From Paraphysomonas bandaiensis (Eukaryota; Protista; Chrysophyceae), in NCBI GenBank assembly GCA_965644295.1, contig CBFFRP010000324.1:62001-126000 (forward strand): a DNA stretch of 64,000 nt, written 5' to 3'. Both the position numbers and the translations under genes were made by a program. The notes beneath the pieces were generated by a model. That model worked only from the letters and a program-made list of their open reading frames with translations. It was not told the origin of the DNA and did not search any database. Positions 13,990 to 26,870 of this stretch are shown here, one piece after another (position 1 is the stretch's first letter; each line of letters opens with the position of its first letter).

Positions 13990-14052
13990 ATCTTTGTGAT
14001 TGTCAACTGCCCACAAGCTGTTGCGTCACATGCATGTACTGCTTTGAAGTGT

Positions 14053-15103
14053 TTTACAAATTTAATAATCAGAGAACTATGTACTGTTTGTAGAAAACCG
14101 TGTTGCTAGTTATCTAGTTATTGGTTACAGTTCTCTGCTATATCGTTACGGACTATATATTTTCGTTGGGACTGTAGAAACGCGATCATAAAACATTTGG
14201 ACGCTTTCATTATAACTCTAAACAATCACAACCATTAAAAACGCCCAAAACATAACTGTATGATTTTCTTAGCCTTTACATAGAAAACTTAAGTACTTAC
14301 TCATTTGCATTTTGCATGTGGATAACATCTTATCTCTCTTCATCAAATTCGTCTGCACTTGATTAATCAAAAAGCGTGACACCTGTGATTTTTCACTGCG
14401 ATTCAGTTCTTTCCTACCGCGCTGAAACTTGAGTACTGTTTTCTCAAAATCTGAAATTTGAATAATGCCCACGTCTGTACTCAGGTGGAAATTAAATCAT
14501 CAAATCTTCCTCTTGGTGCGTGCTAGGTCTTATTCCATATGCTGTCACGCAGTACATAGAAATAATAAAGAAATAAAAGAAATAATAATAATAATAATAA
14601 ATTTACAAATTTAATAATCAGAGAACTATGTACTGTTTGTAGAAAACCGTGTTGCTAGTTATCTAGTTATTGGTTACAGTTCTCTGCTATATCGTTACGG
14701 ACTATATATTTTCGTTGGGACTGTAGAAACGCGATCATAAAACATTTGGACGCTTTCATTATAACTCTAAACAATCACAACCATTAAAAACGCCCAAAAC
14801 ATAACTGTATGATTTTCTTAGCCTTTACATAGAAAACTTAAGTACTTACTCATTTGCATTTTGCATGTGGATAACATCTTATCTCTCTTCATCAAATTCG
14901 TCTGCACTTGATTAATCAAAAAGCGTGACACCTGTGATTTTTCACTGCGATTCAGTTCTTTCCTACCGCGCTGAAACTTGAGTACTGTTTTCTCAAAATC
15001 TGAAATTTGAATAATGCCCACGTCTGTACTCAGGTGGAAATTAAATCATCAAATCTTCCTCTTGGTGCGTGCTAGGTCTTATTCCATATGCTGTCACGCA
15101 GTA
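14053..15103. repeat. Direct tandem duplication of 502 bp (14053-14554 and 14602-15103) with a 47-bp A-rich spacer
   Basis: The copies appear identical at a constant offset of 549 (identical ORFs at 14269 and 14818). Spacer 14555-14601 is CATAGAAATAATAAAGAAATAAAAGA(AAT)nAAA. Confidence 0.95.
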
Positions 15104-15471
15104 ATGATAAATAATGACAAAGTGACTGTTCATACATACAAGTGCTTCTAATAATTTTTGCACAAGTCTGGTTGATATTATTCTGTTTGAGTATACACTT
15201 TCGTGTTGACGAGGTGAAACATGTATATTGTTCATAAAACATGAGTAGTAGAGTGATACCACTGTTGAGTTCATTCAATTAAGTTGAAGTGAGTAATTAC
15301 TAATATAGAGCTCCCGCTAATTGTTCTTCAAACAAGATCAATGCTAACATAACTCTTTTTTATCTAGTGTCTATCAAACGTTTCAACATCATATATATAG
15401 AAAGAGAAATATCACAGGTATTTGTAAACAGCTTGATAATTAACGTTTATATGCAAACTTTACATTTCTTA

Positions 15472-17622
15472 TTACGTTGAGGATAGACCTAGCAAGACTT
15501 TCACGTCCGAAACAGAATGGGTTAATAGCAATTTCGCGTCATATTTATTCTTCGGCTGCATGATCATATCATACACCTGCAAAATGTAAGTCACAACAGC
15601 ATCATCACGCTACTATTCTGTGAGAACACTAACCTGAGCATACGAAGAAGATATCTTAATCGCAGTAAGGTTTTGGGCCTGATCTCGTAGATCCGAATCG
15701 TGTAGATTACCTAGTAGTGGGGTCCCTGTCGAACACAGGGAAGAGTAAAATGCCCTCAAAGAATCGCTGACCCGATCCGGGGTTAGTCCAGGTTGTTCGG
15801 ATGCAATCATATCTTGAGGCAAAACTTCCATTAATTCCGAGATCTTATCCATATCACTTCGTTGTAGAATACGCTGTGTTTCTTCTGCAACTAAAACATC
15901 CATCCAAGTTGATATTTCTGTGGTTAACGTATCTATCCATGTCGATGTGACGCCAACGCAGGTACCCCCTTCTCCAGTAGAATTCGCCAAGCACCTCTAC
16001 AAAACAGTCATAAAATGCAAGCATATTTCCAATTTGAAGTATACCTTCACAAGTGCTACGTTATTAAGCATAAAAAGCGCCATATCACCTTTCTCCTGAA
16101 ACATATTATTTCCACATGTTCTGCTAGCCTGAAGTAGTGGGTGAATTATTGAGCCCAAGACATGCTCAATATTGAAAACTTCATTCTTGTCTTCGAACAT
16201 TAGACTTGACAGTGAAGAATTGTGAACTCGCAGAACTTCAGTTATTATCTTTCCGCACTCCTTACAAGATGGGGTAGCTAATGTGTCAACCGCAAAAGAA
16301 GCCACGTTCGAGTTGAGAAGGTTCTCTGAATATTTGGAAAGCATACGACTGAATATTGTTCGACATTCTTCTAAGCATTCGCCAACACAACTCTGGACAG
16401 AATTCTCCACAGGTAGTATTTTCTTAAATGTTGAGCTGTAAAAGTACAGCAAATCACTGATCGCATACACTTCTTCAATGGTGTGCACACGATTCTCAAG
16501 CGTTTGCATTATGCGAACTCGCAATGGCCTACCTAACCCATGCACACATCGGGCCAATAGCTCCTCCAGTGAGAGGAGCTCATCTGATTTTACTGTTCCG
16601 TTCTCTAAATTTGCTTCTTTGCCGTGATCGTCCTGTGCTATTAATAAATTATTCGTATATTGCTTCGCTTTGGAACTGAAAAACACAGCTCGGAGAAATT
16701 CTTCTTCTGATGCTATGACTTGGTGAATCCACGCCAGCATATCACTTACGTAGTGATTGGCATCTCGACCAGTCACTTCTATAGCTCTTGACGCAGTTGT
16801 TCCCACAGACAACTCCTCGCTACCCTGAGTAACCGCAACTACAAACCGTTGCACGAGCAAGTACCTTCTCGAGCTTACAACTAAGTCTTGACACTGTACA
16901 AAATATGAAGGTATTTCTCTCAAATAGCAAACAGCTAATTGCAAGACGACGTCATCTGACTCAGATGAATCAACTGATATATTTTCACTCTTCATTTTCA
17001 CCCATTCAAATAGTCTTTGATAGCCGACACTCTGATGTCGACCCAGGATATCGAGTAACTCGAAGCCAGCATTATATTGGTATTGTTCAATCATTAATTT
17101 ACAATCATTATACGCCTGTCGCAATCGCGTCAAGCTGTTAAAAAATCCATTTGTTGCAGAGTTACTGATTGGGGAGTTGTGTATCTCATCTATTTCTTCT
17201 GATGACAACTGGAAACGATTTAAAAAGGATTCAATGTCGCTGCTCTGTTTTAAATAAAAATTACGACGTTCCTCTAGCATCGATGCTTTTTGCATGAAAT
17301 TTTTCATGTTCTCATTAGCTCGAGAAATATTCTCCGACATTGTTTGACACTCTTGTTCAATACGACGAACGTTCGTATCCACTGATAATACAGTGTTTCT
17401 CACATCATCAAATTCCGCTAAAAACTTTTTAGCAACTTGAATATTTTGGAGTTCAAGATCCTGTCGGAGTGCTCTTCTTGCTTCCACATTGTTTCCTTTC
17501 TTTCCAAAAAAACTACTAATAGCATCTAATGATTCTAACATTGTGACACTGTCAGTTCTCGTGTTCAAGACTTTCTTGATCCTTGCATCCACAACATTCT
17601 CTCGAACCAGCCCTCCGTCCAT
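15472..17622 (-). CDS. COG6: Conserved oligomeric Golgi complex subunit 6, 3 exons
   Basis: RIKKVLNTR...LDAIS...NNVEARRALRQDLE, FLNRFQLS, YQRLFEW, YVSDMLAWIHQ...EEEFL, RPLRVRIMQ, FMLNN, terminal HSVSDVKVLL. Confidence 0.88.
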
Positions 17623-19251
17623 GATTCCGTCCAAACCAACTAATTAAACTATTATAATTTTAGGCAGATTTAACAGATAAATTTAAGACACTTAGATTAT
17701 TATGCATCAACTCAACTCTTTGCTTGTTTCTATCATACTATCACATACACTGCAGCTGACTGTAATTGATATGGACGATAAGCTACAGTAGGAAAACCAA
17801 CAAAAAAAAACTTGTGACGGATTTATGCGACGTAAAAATCGCCATAAATCGTGTCTTGTGGCATGAAAACCCATATTTATAGAAAAATCCCTGAATTTTA
17901 CAGTTATCAAGGAGTTTTAGGCTCACCAGCATGGCATTATTGAATAGAGGCAGAGTGGTATGTGGGCAGTTGGGTTTTATGCCAGGATATATATATATAC
18001 CCTATGGCCATCTTAGTTAGGTATAGCGGTGTATATGTTGGGGAAAGTAAAGTAGTGTAGGTTTCTGGAATGATGACGTAATGATTAGAGCTTTGCTTAG
18101 CAGGCCATGGGCTAGTAGGAGAATGTGCTTTCCCAGTACGTAGAAGATATTTTGGCCACATATTTGACCTTGAAAAAGCGCTGTAGGTTTGATGGTAATG
18201 GCACATACGCTATGATGCCAATGATGATTTTCTATGCAATAGCGGGATTATGAGAACTGATTCCGTGAGGACAAAAGTGAAGTGTGGAAATGGGTGTATG
18301 TTAATTCACGATCGATTTTAGATTTCGTGGTGCTTGTTGAAGGTTGCTGGCCATGAAACACCGCATTCTCTTAAAACTTGATAGTGTGTGGTTTCTAATT
18401 GATTGATACAGCAGTGCCTATTGCTTGCTCTATTTTTTGCATATAAGTGATACTGATATATATAGATGCTTATATACGAAAATTCTACAGAAACTTCAAA
18501 ATAATCTTTGAAATAGCGACTCTAAAATAAAATTGTTATTGACTGATGATTATTGATGTATCCACAGAGGTAGGGAACCATATATTGCAATAGTACATTG
18601 TGTCTATATTGTATATTGCTGCAATAGGATTTTCTAATGATAGTATATAGTACGTAGTCAAAAACCTAAATATAGTACAATATTGTACCCCTGCTACACT
18701 AATATTTACATCACTTGTTCATAAACTACGTTTCCTTGTTTATGAATATACAATGCAACATACCAGGGGATATACACGTATAGACGCTTTTAGCATTTAG
18801 TGTAGAGTGTAGTACAATGGGTATGAGTCAGTTCCTTTCCATTGTTGACGTATTTAAACTTAATTAACCCTCCATAGCGAATATATTACTAGATGACTAT
18901 AAAATTTAGGTTGGTCGAATGTATGCTCCAGGTCTAGGAACAGTTTGCATGTATAACAAACGGGAGCGATAATTTATATTGATTTCTTCAGCAATGTGAC
19001 AGAAATGTATCACCTCAAAGAATATTGTAAATAAATAGGTATATTGATAAGCTATTATATGCACCTATATCGTAAATTAACCATAGCTGGTATTAGCCAA
19101 ACCACGGCGAACAACATCGATGTACATTCACGTTTCACACTGCAGTCTCGCTCAACACGTCCGAATAAAATCCTATTGAAAAACTTCACAGTCTGAACTT
19201 AGACTACCATATTTCGAAAATGAGGAAACGCAACCAAGTCGTACAACCTAA

Positions 19252-19893
19252 TTACTTTTTGGCGTGAGCCGATCCACTTTTGGAGTCATATTTCTGCTTT
19301 CCCCAACTCCAGGGCACGTATCTATGCTTTATCATATGCCTTATTTGTCTCTTCATCGTAATAAAAAAGAGTACTAGGAAATAGAGAAGCAAAATAGGCC
19401 AAAAAACTGGAACATCAAAAACTTCAAAGAAAGTCATGGCGAAAGCAAGTACGACGGCCCGCATGCACGAATACCAAAATTTGAACTCCGGTAAACGCCT
19501 CGCAAAGGGCCTGCGTGTACCAATAAAAGATAGAAAGCGAAAAACATCATTGAAAATACCTAAACTCATCCCCATCTCTGGTGGGAAGGGTCATATCGTC
19601 ATCACCAGATTCAGGATCAAACTGCAGTGCCAACGAATGATTACTGATTACAACATATTCTCACGAAAAATAACCTGAGGGGACAGGAACCCAATCAATT
19701 GATTTAGGAGATAAATTCCGAGGCCATAAGTTACAATATACCACCCGTTTACGAAGTAAACGCGAAGCACATACCCACAAGTTGCAATAGCCATCAATGA
19801 CCATCTTAACGCTATGCGTGGGCTAGACTTGTCCAAGATATACTGCCACTTTCTAGAAAAAGAGTCGACATAACTGGTAGAATCACTTTCCAT
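19252..19893 (-). CDS. RER1: Retention in ER protein RER1, 3 exons
   Basis: YILDKSSP...[27 protein letters not shown]...LPT...[15 protein letters not shown]...[14 protein letters not shown]...[16 protein letters not shown]. Confidence 0.95.
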
Positions 19894-20304
19894 TTGAAAA
19901 GAAATTTATTGTTATGTGTGTAATGCTCTTGACAAGCATTAAACTACTGCCTGTGATGGCATATGGTGATGTTGTTTAGTACATCTATCGCAGATATATA
20001 CGGCAAACCAGGCATACGGTCTGGTCTACGGGAAATATACAGCAAAAAACACACTGCTTTCGAAATCTGATGCTATGAACGCTAGAACGGTATACCAGTA
20101 TACACAGTAGAGTACAACACTGTACAATCGTACTGGGAATTTCATACACAGTATGTGTGGGTATACAGCAGGTGTATAAGTGTATGTGTATCCATACAAC
20201 ACGCACAGGAGTATGATTGCAGGGCCCGCTTGTGTCCATATCTCTTCCAGCTCAGTTGACATCCACAGCAATCTACTTTAACTCCACTCAAACACATACA
20301 GAGT

Positions 20305-22008
20305 ATGCAAGTTCTGTCAATAAACGAAAGTGCTGATATACTTAAAATAAAATTAAATGATAAGTCGAGTTGGGTGTTCATCAGCGATATATCAGGAGAT
20401 GAATGGCAGAGGCATGTTCTCAACAGCATCACACCGCTAAAACTAAATATAGAATCATATTTTAATGTTATATCGAACTGTGATTATGATGATGTCGGGG
20501 AGGATGACTCATCTGTTTCTGTACGATATGGAGATGATTATGAGTACGAGCTGCATGTAACTCAATCATGCGATAGGGGCGAAACACTCTTCACAGAGAC
20601 TCCACTGCTAATTGTAATTCAAGATGACATTGAAAAATTTCATGAGCTAGTAACGCCAATTGTCTTCGGTATACTATCAAAAATACGCTCTACAAAAGAA
20701 AGGGAGCTCGTGGCTGATTTTTTCGTTGCTGGTCTTCATAATATCGCCCCGATCTATAACTTCAATTCCATTGAGGAATATGCACGGACCGAAGTAATCT
20801 CACTTTGCTGTCCTAAGGAGTCGTTGCCAAAGTGTGTGCTTCATGCCGTGGAGAAAGTAGCACACAGCCTTGTATCTTATTCCCGCTTCTCGAACCTGTC
20901 CGAAGTTGAGTTGGCGAAGTTGATTGTTATATGCTCAGCCAATGCTTTTGCCGAAGCAGATATGTCATGGGTAGGCCTCTTTCGCTTAGGATGTCGGGTG
21001 AATCACTCCTGCAGTCCAAATTCAGTTTGGTCATTGAACATGTCTATATCTCCGCCGATTTTGCGGTTCGTTGCTTTGCATGATATCAAGGAGGGCGAAG
21101 AAGTAACTCACAGTTACTTGGAGAGGGAGCGATGGTACCCAACACACATGCGGCGCTCTGTACTACAGTCTGCTAAGTACTTCACCTGCAGTTGCACTGA
21201 GTGTACTGGCGCTGAGTATGACTTTAAACGATCTCTCTGCTGTTCGTCTTGCCGTTCGGCCGCATCATTTCGGCCCCGTGTGGACAATCGCACAAACATT
21301 GACACCACCTTCTACCACTGTATGTCATGTGGGCACACACCAGAAAGTACAGAAGCTATGAGCGTGTTGGAACTTGAGGTACGATTATAGCCTAGTGCAG
21401 TGTCATTCTCAATGAATATCATTCTTACATTTCAGCGGGAATGGGAAGATGTCGTGAATAGTATCGTAAATTGTCAGCGGACTACATGTGATTCGAGCAT
21501 TCTTCTGAGTCGATCGTTTAGCGACCTGCAAAGTATGAAACTTAAAGCGCCACTCTACTGGGCAATGGTTGAAGTTGCTGGTGAGTAAATTTGTTATCCG
21601 TTATATGAGCTCATATCACAGATGTTGCATGCTACAGATTACACCCAGTCTGTGATCCAATGTGGTTCACCCGAGGAATATGACGACAAAACACTCTATC
21701 TAAAATTTCTGCGAGTATGTGGTATGCATCACTCCTTTCCAATCCCGAATAATGTAGAGTATTGGGCCATAACTGAGCTCCTATCGGTGGTCGAACGCTC
21801 AACACATAAGCTTAAATTCACGAGACTTGTGGAAGAGATGGATACGTTGTGTAGACTTTGTGGGATTCAGTGTCCCTCAGCAGCCAACTTATCATCTGGT
21901 TGTAAGGGTTATAGTGAGAATATGGGATACGTATTGTGCCTTGTGCTCTTACAATATTTGTCATCGGTTTATGAGCAAGCTATAGAGTGTAGATATATAA
22001 ATAAATAA
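20305..22008 (+). CDS. SET-domain (SMYD-like) lysine methyltransferase, multi-exon; true start uncertain
   Basis: GETLFTETPL, NAF, RVNHSCSPN, DIKEGEEVTHSY, post-SET FTCSCTEC, and further CxxC pairs. Confidence 0.8.
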
Positions 22009-23205
22009 AATGAATGGGTATGCATGTATATATATAAAATTATTGCTTAACAGCACTTTCTTATATGAACACTTGAACACATGATGTAAAGATGTAAAGT
22101 GAAATGTGAACTAGTCGTCTATGTTTTATTGATAGAATCCCAGCTGGAATGAATCGAAATATGAGTACTATTTTTAGTCAAAGCTGTGTTTTATTATATC
22201 AGCTATAGCCCCGCATATAAAAAAGAACAGGATAGTATTTGGACTCTGTCTCGAGACTAATGACCCAACATATGTTTTCTATATTTCGTGCTCTATATTG
22301 AATGTCTGATTATAAAGAAGTGCAAACTTGTGCGTTGCCGCGACCAACCTAAATAAAGAATTGACCTTTATAATAGTAAAACAATGTTGTGATTACTAGA
22401 GTGTTAGTAATGAACACGATAGAGTAAAAATTATGAATAACAATATAGAACATAACTATCATGCACAACGGAATAGTTAGAAGTGTAACTGATAATGACG
22501 ACGTTATGATGACGATCATGTATCTTCGACAGATACTCTCTCTAAAATTCAGTTCATGATATATTGCATTGGACATTATAACTCACAGATACAATCTTGT
22601 ATTAAGCTGAATCCTAATACCTAACAACTCGCGCGACACTAAGCATAACATGACTCTCATCTAGTTTCTATTGCATGCAAGTAAGTGCTCAACTATACAA
22701 CACGATTTAGTTAGCTACATGGGCATACGACGAGTTGCGTGTTTAATGCGGATCATACGCTCCTGCCCAATCTACTTGTTGTCCTAACACAAACAACTTG
22801 CGGTCGGTGTCTTCGGCATATGTGTCCTGTATGCGGCAGATCTTTAGAGCCCTCTTCAAGATGGTGTTCAAAGCAGCAGGGGAGAATAGAGTAGCTCTAG
22901 CTCCGGGTCCTTTCACGGTCACGAAGCGGTCTCACTGGTGCAATTTTGCACACTGACGCATAAAACAGACATCTACCAAAATCTGTTACAAATTCAAGCT
23001 GACTCCAATGTCTTCTCTCCATTGTGTACTCGTCCAGCACATGCATCCACCTTGCACTCTTCTCCCGAGTGACTTATACTTGTAGGGAACCGTGCACTTT
23101 CCCCGCTTGGATGAAAACCTACTAAAAGCAAGAATAACATAAAAGCACCACAAATGTACCTGACACTGCTTGGAGAACAGTGCCAGAGCTTTGATATAAT
23201 CTCAA

Positions 23206-23969
23206 TGACCTGGAAGTCGAGGTAATACCAAAACCTTGGTTTTGATGTGAAACCTGGTGAATTTTTTGGTGATGGTCGGAAAAGGGTATAACTATGCACA
23301 ATAAGTAACTATGAAGTTAATAACAGTGTGAAAAGTATTATTTATTTATATTATTTTTACTAATTTCTTCTATATATTACTTCAGTTTTACAGCAATAAA
23401 AGTCACCGACTACACACATATATTATACAGTTCAAGCTATTCCGTCAAGCATAATATAAAGCTATTCTTTGTACGATACCCCACTACTACGTCGACGTTT
23501 TCCGGTCACAACATTCTCAGATGAGAGAGCGCCTTGATCCACCCATTCGGTTGTAGGCTCTGTCACTATTTCCCATTGCTGTTTTTTAGTCCTTTCCTTT
23601 GACGAAGTTACTGTATAATATATTATAACGTTTACATAATAATCATATTATTATTATATTACTAACCTTTTATGTGCCTCAAGTAACTTGCCTATGCATT
23701 GTATCCAAAACCAGGCTATTCGGTTGGAGCGTTTGCAATCTCAAGAGAGGCAAATGCAGCTATATGAGAATATGATATTACAAAACACAAGTCGTGGAAG
23801 GGCCAACTTTTAACGCAATAATAATTGCTAATAACAACTATAATTGCAACTTTTTCTTTATCTTTAACCTCTCAGCTACAAATTACAGTAAAATAATAAC
23901 TCAATACTTAGATATGAAACCTGGTGAAATCGCTTTACCAGGTTTCGGTATTACCTCTACCCAGGGTCA
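23206..23969. mobile_element. TIR-bounded non-autonomous element (~765 bp)
   Basis: Left TGACCTGGAAGTCGAGGTAATACCAAAACC versus right end reverse complement TGACCCTGGGTAGAGGTAATACCGAAACC. Subterminal TGAAACCTGGTGAA repeats at ~23248 and ~23915. TSD not resolved. Confidence 0.55.
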
Positions 23970-24195
23970 GGAGAAACCAAGACTAGGCAGTAGACGTGTG
24001 AGAAGACATGACAGGTCTAATCACATCATTGCCATTGCCATGCATCCATGAGGAAAGTTTGACGCATTAAATCGGTCATTGGCCACACAGATACCGAATA
24101 ATGTGAACTCATACTCAGCATCAATCACTCAAAGCAAACGCAGTGAACAAGCAGAATGTTGATATACCTGACATCTGCAGACTTCAGGTTTTTTG

Positions 24196-24422
24196 AGTTC
24201 TTAAGGTGAGCATCCCGGCTGCTTAACTTCTGCAGGCAGCCCAATACCCTGGTTACCCGTCTGGTGGACCCTGTCCTGGATGCCCTTGAGGTGGGCCCAT
24301 TCCCAAATGTCTGTTTATTCGTCAGGGCCCAAAGGCGTCTACACAAGTGACACTTATTAGTGTTCCTTGTACCACACTAGCATTTGGCTATTTATAACAA
24401 GAACAATATCTGCTGACTATAT
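24196..24422 (+). repeat. Interspersed repeat family B, copy 1
   Basis: Alignable to 53655-53850 and, in reverse complement, to 54770-54940. Shared blocks include TTAAGGTGA, GCAGGCAGCCCAA, TCGTCAGGGCCCAAAG and TACACAAGTGACACTTATT. Confidence 0.85.
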
Positions 24423-24887
24423 ATTTTCGTGCTCTAATATATATTGATTATTGATTCAAATAAATCTAGTTATTAATCTATGCTATTGTTAAATAGGTAT
24501 TATATATAATATCATATTTATTATGATGCATTTAAATAATATGTGATGGGTCTTTGCTCTGTCGGCCATTGCTTAAATACTTAAATAACATGTAGAATCA
24601 AGGTTTGGTAACCATTTAATGCCATTACCATTAACTGCTACCAGGCCCTGTGTACAGCCAATTCAAAATAGTAGAGTTTGGTGTACCGGTGAGACAACAC
24701 TATGGCTACAATGGGGCACAACATTAACTTAAGATCAAAACTGTCGACAATTAAATTTAAAGACAAATCAATACAACTATTCCTCTATACATGAAATGCT
24801 TAAACAGTTATCAAAACTTATAGAATTTGTATGATATGCCAAAATGCATATCTCGGATGTTAGAAATAGCACTTAACAGTGGGATAC

Positions 24888-26156
24888 TTAGCACTGAAGG
24901 AACACTTCATCTGCACGTGATATATTATCTTCGCCAGACGCATCCCCTGCAATTTCCTCTGGCGCAGTGCGACACGCGACGAGTTCATCTACAAATGCGC
25001 GTAACTTTTCCACTGTGACGCTTGGCATGACCACGACGTGAGCTATAGTTCCCTCACATGCCAGCTGCCACTTGCGGATAAATTCCAGATCCGTAGGTCT
25101 CTCGAATGTGACTGTAGAAGAGAGGTTATTGAGGTTGCACGGTACATTTGCTGCCTCCAGCATCGTGCGAAGTATGGTAGAGTTCTTCATGCAGAGCTTA
25201 ACATCCTCACTGAGACCAGTGGTGCCCTTACGAGAAAGTGCGTACCACATATACAGCGCTGCATGACCATTACGACTACCCATTATGGTAGCATCTTTGC
25301 TGTTAAGATATTCAACATCGGAAGACAGATTTTGGATGTATCTATTGCGTGTCATCACAACTCCGCAAGGTACAGGAGCACCAAGGAACTTATGACCAGA
25401 GACGCTAATCGATCCAATCGGCTTGGCAAAGGAAACAAGTGGTGCCTCCTGTAGAAAGGGAAGCATTAAACCGAATAGAGCACCGTCAACATGAATATAA
25501 AACTGTTCTTCGCTGTATCCAGTGTCTTGTAGTGCTTGCAATACACCATCCACATTATCTACAGCACCTCTCACGGTGGTACCAACGTTGACATTGATAA
25601 TAGCAGGGCGTCCCTTCTTTTTTCCTTCTGCCAGACACTCTTCTAAGTGCGACAAATCAATTTCACCAGTCTGCAAGGTCCTTACTGCAACTGCATCCAT
25701 GCGGTACATTCGTGCCGCTTTCATTACGCTGTAGTGAGAGGCTTTCGAGCAGTAGAGAATTCCGTCGGGCAGGGCTTCTCGGCCAACTAGTATACCATGA
25801 AGATTTCCTTCTGTGCCGCAATTAGTGATGTAGCCCCACATATCTTTCGGCTCAATGTCCCATAGTTTGGCAAACCAATTTAAAACGCCAATTTCGAACT
25901 GTCGGCTGTGAACCCCATAGTTCGACTCAACCCACGGGTCACCAAGATTGTTTATACTATAGCGTTGCAGTGCTTGCAATGCATCCACTTCAAAGTTAAG
26001 GTTGTAGGGGTAGCCTAGATGGAGCCGTGTTCTCTCCTCTAAGCGCTCATGATAAGCACTGAGGATGTCACTGATTCTCTCGTTCGCTCCATCTGTTCCA
26101 GGCTCAATTATGTCATAACCTCTCGTCTCACCACTCACTGGCATCGCTGTATACAT
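24888..26156 (-). CDS. SDC1: Group II PLP-dependent decarboxylase, serine decarboxylase / histidine decarboxylase type; intronless
   Basis: [66 protein letters not shown] (PLP Lys), [15 protein letters not shown]...AHVVVMP: the plant SDC-type signature. Confidence 0.88.
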   Translation of the reverse strand: MYTAMPVSGETRGYDIIEPGTDGANERISDILSAYHERLEERTRLHLGYPYNLNFEVDALQALQRYSINNLGDPWVESNYGVHSRQFEIGVLNWFAKLWDIEPKDMWGYITNCGTEGNLHGILVGREALPDGILYCSKASHYSVMKAARMYRMDAVAVRTLQTGEIDLSHLEECLAEGKKKGRPAIINVNVGTTVRGAVDNVDGVLQALQDTGYSEEQFYIHVDGALFGLMLPFLQEAPLVSFAKPIGSISVSGHKFLGAPVPCGVVMTRNRYIQNLSSDVEYLNSKDATIMGSRNGHAALYMWYALSRKGTTGLSEDVKLCMKNSTILRTMLEAANVPCNLNNLSSTVTFERPTDLEFIRKWQLACEGTIAHVVVMPSVTVEKLRAFVDELVACRTAPEEIAGDASGEDNISRADEVFLQC

Positions 26157-26333
26157 GATTATTAGAACTTATCTCGAATATAAGTGAAGAGTGCAATGAA
26201 ATGTGTAGCTATCTATATGCTAGCTGTCAATATATGGTGTACATACATCTGGTCAACAGTTGTAGCCAATCATTTCGCTGCATATATGACGGTGGTAGCA
26301 TGATGACGGATGTCATATACCTACCTACACATG

Positions 26334-26520
26334 GAGACGTTTTTCGACAAAGCGGACCAGTCTGGTCCCACTTTATTTTTTTGTATTGTATTTTTTCGTA
26401 TGGAATATGAGTGTAGAGCTTTGAAATTGTGGTCAAAATGACCACAATTTTTTTATTTCGAGTGGGACCAAATACAGTCCGACAAGTGGAGGGCTGGTCC
26501 ACTTTGTCAAAAAACGTCTC
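26334..26520. mobile_element. 187-bp MITE with GAG...CTC termini
   Basis: TIRs GAGACGTTTTTCGACAAAGCGGACCAG / CTGGTCCACTTTGTCAAAAAACGTCTC, flanked on both sides by CATG (26330-26333, 26521-26524). Inner inverted pair TGGTCCCACT/AGTGGGACCA. Confidence 0.8.
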
Positions 26521-26870
26521 CATGGAGTACCATCCGACATCGTACTGCCACAGAGCACCAGCAGCATACACTGCTGTATACCGGCGTATAAGCAGCGATA
26601 TATAAAATGCAGTGGTGTGAGTATAACAACGTGCGTGTACACATTTTTCTGGCTGTATCTAAGATCTACAGCAGAACATATACATACATACTGTACATAC
26701 TGTGCAGTGGAACACTAACACCACCATAACATAAGAAGATTCCCATTACAGGCATTCATTTCATTATCTATTAATCGAACCCATCCGTATATCATCTCTA
26801 TTGATTCGTGATATATCTGTAACTACCTGTTTGTCCTGTATTGTGTATCTATTGAATTGTAGTGCTAATA

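Noticed and set aside
14269-15021. Two identical 67-aa ORFs as a duplicated gene
   Set aside because: They start at GTG with no recognisable motif and are a by-product of the 502-bp duplication.
18570-18695. Small hAT-like MITE (TAGGGAACCATATATTG / CAATATTGTACCCCTG)
   Set aside because: Termini are only loosely complementary and there is no TSD.
22700-23200. Helicase-associated (HA)-repeat-like remnant (GKCTVPYKYKSLGRRV) on the minus strand
   Set aside because: Too short and frameshifted to support a call; probably decayed TE or gene debris.
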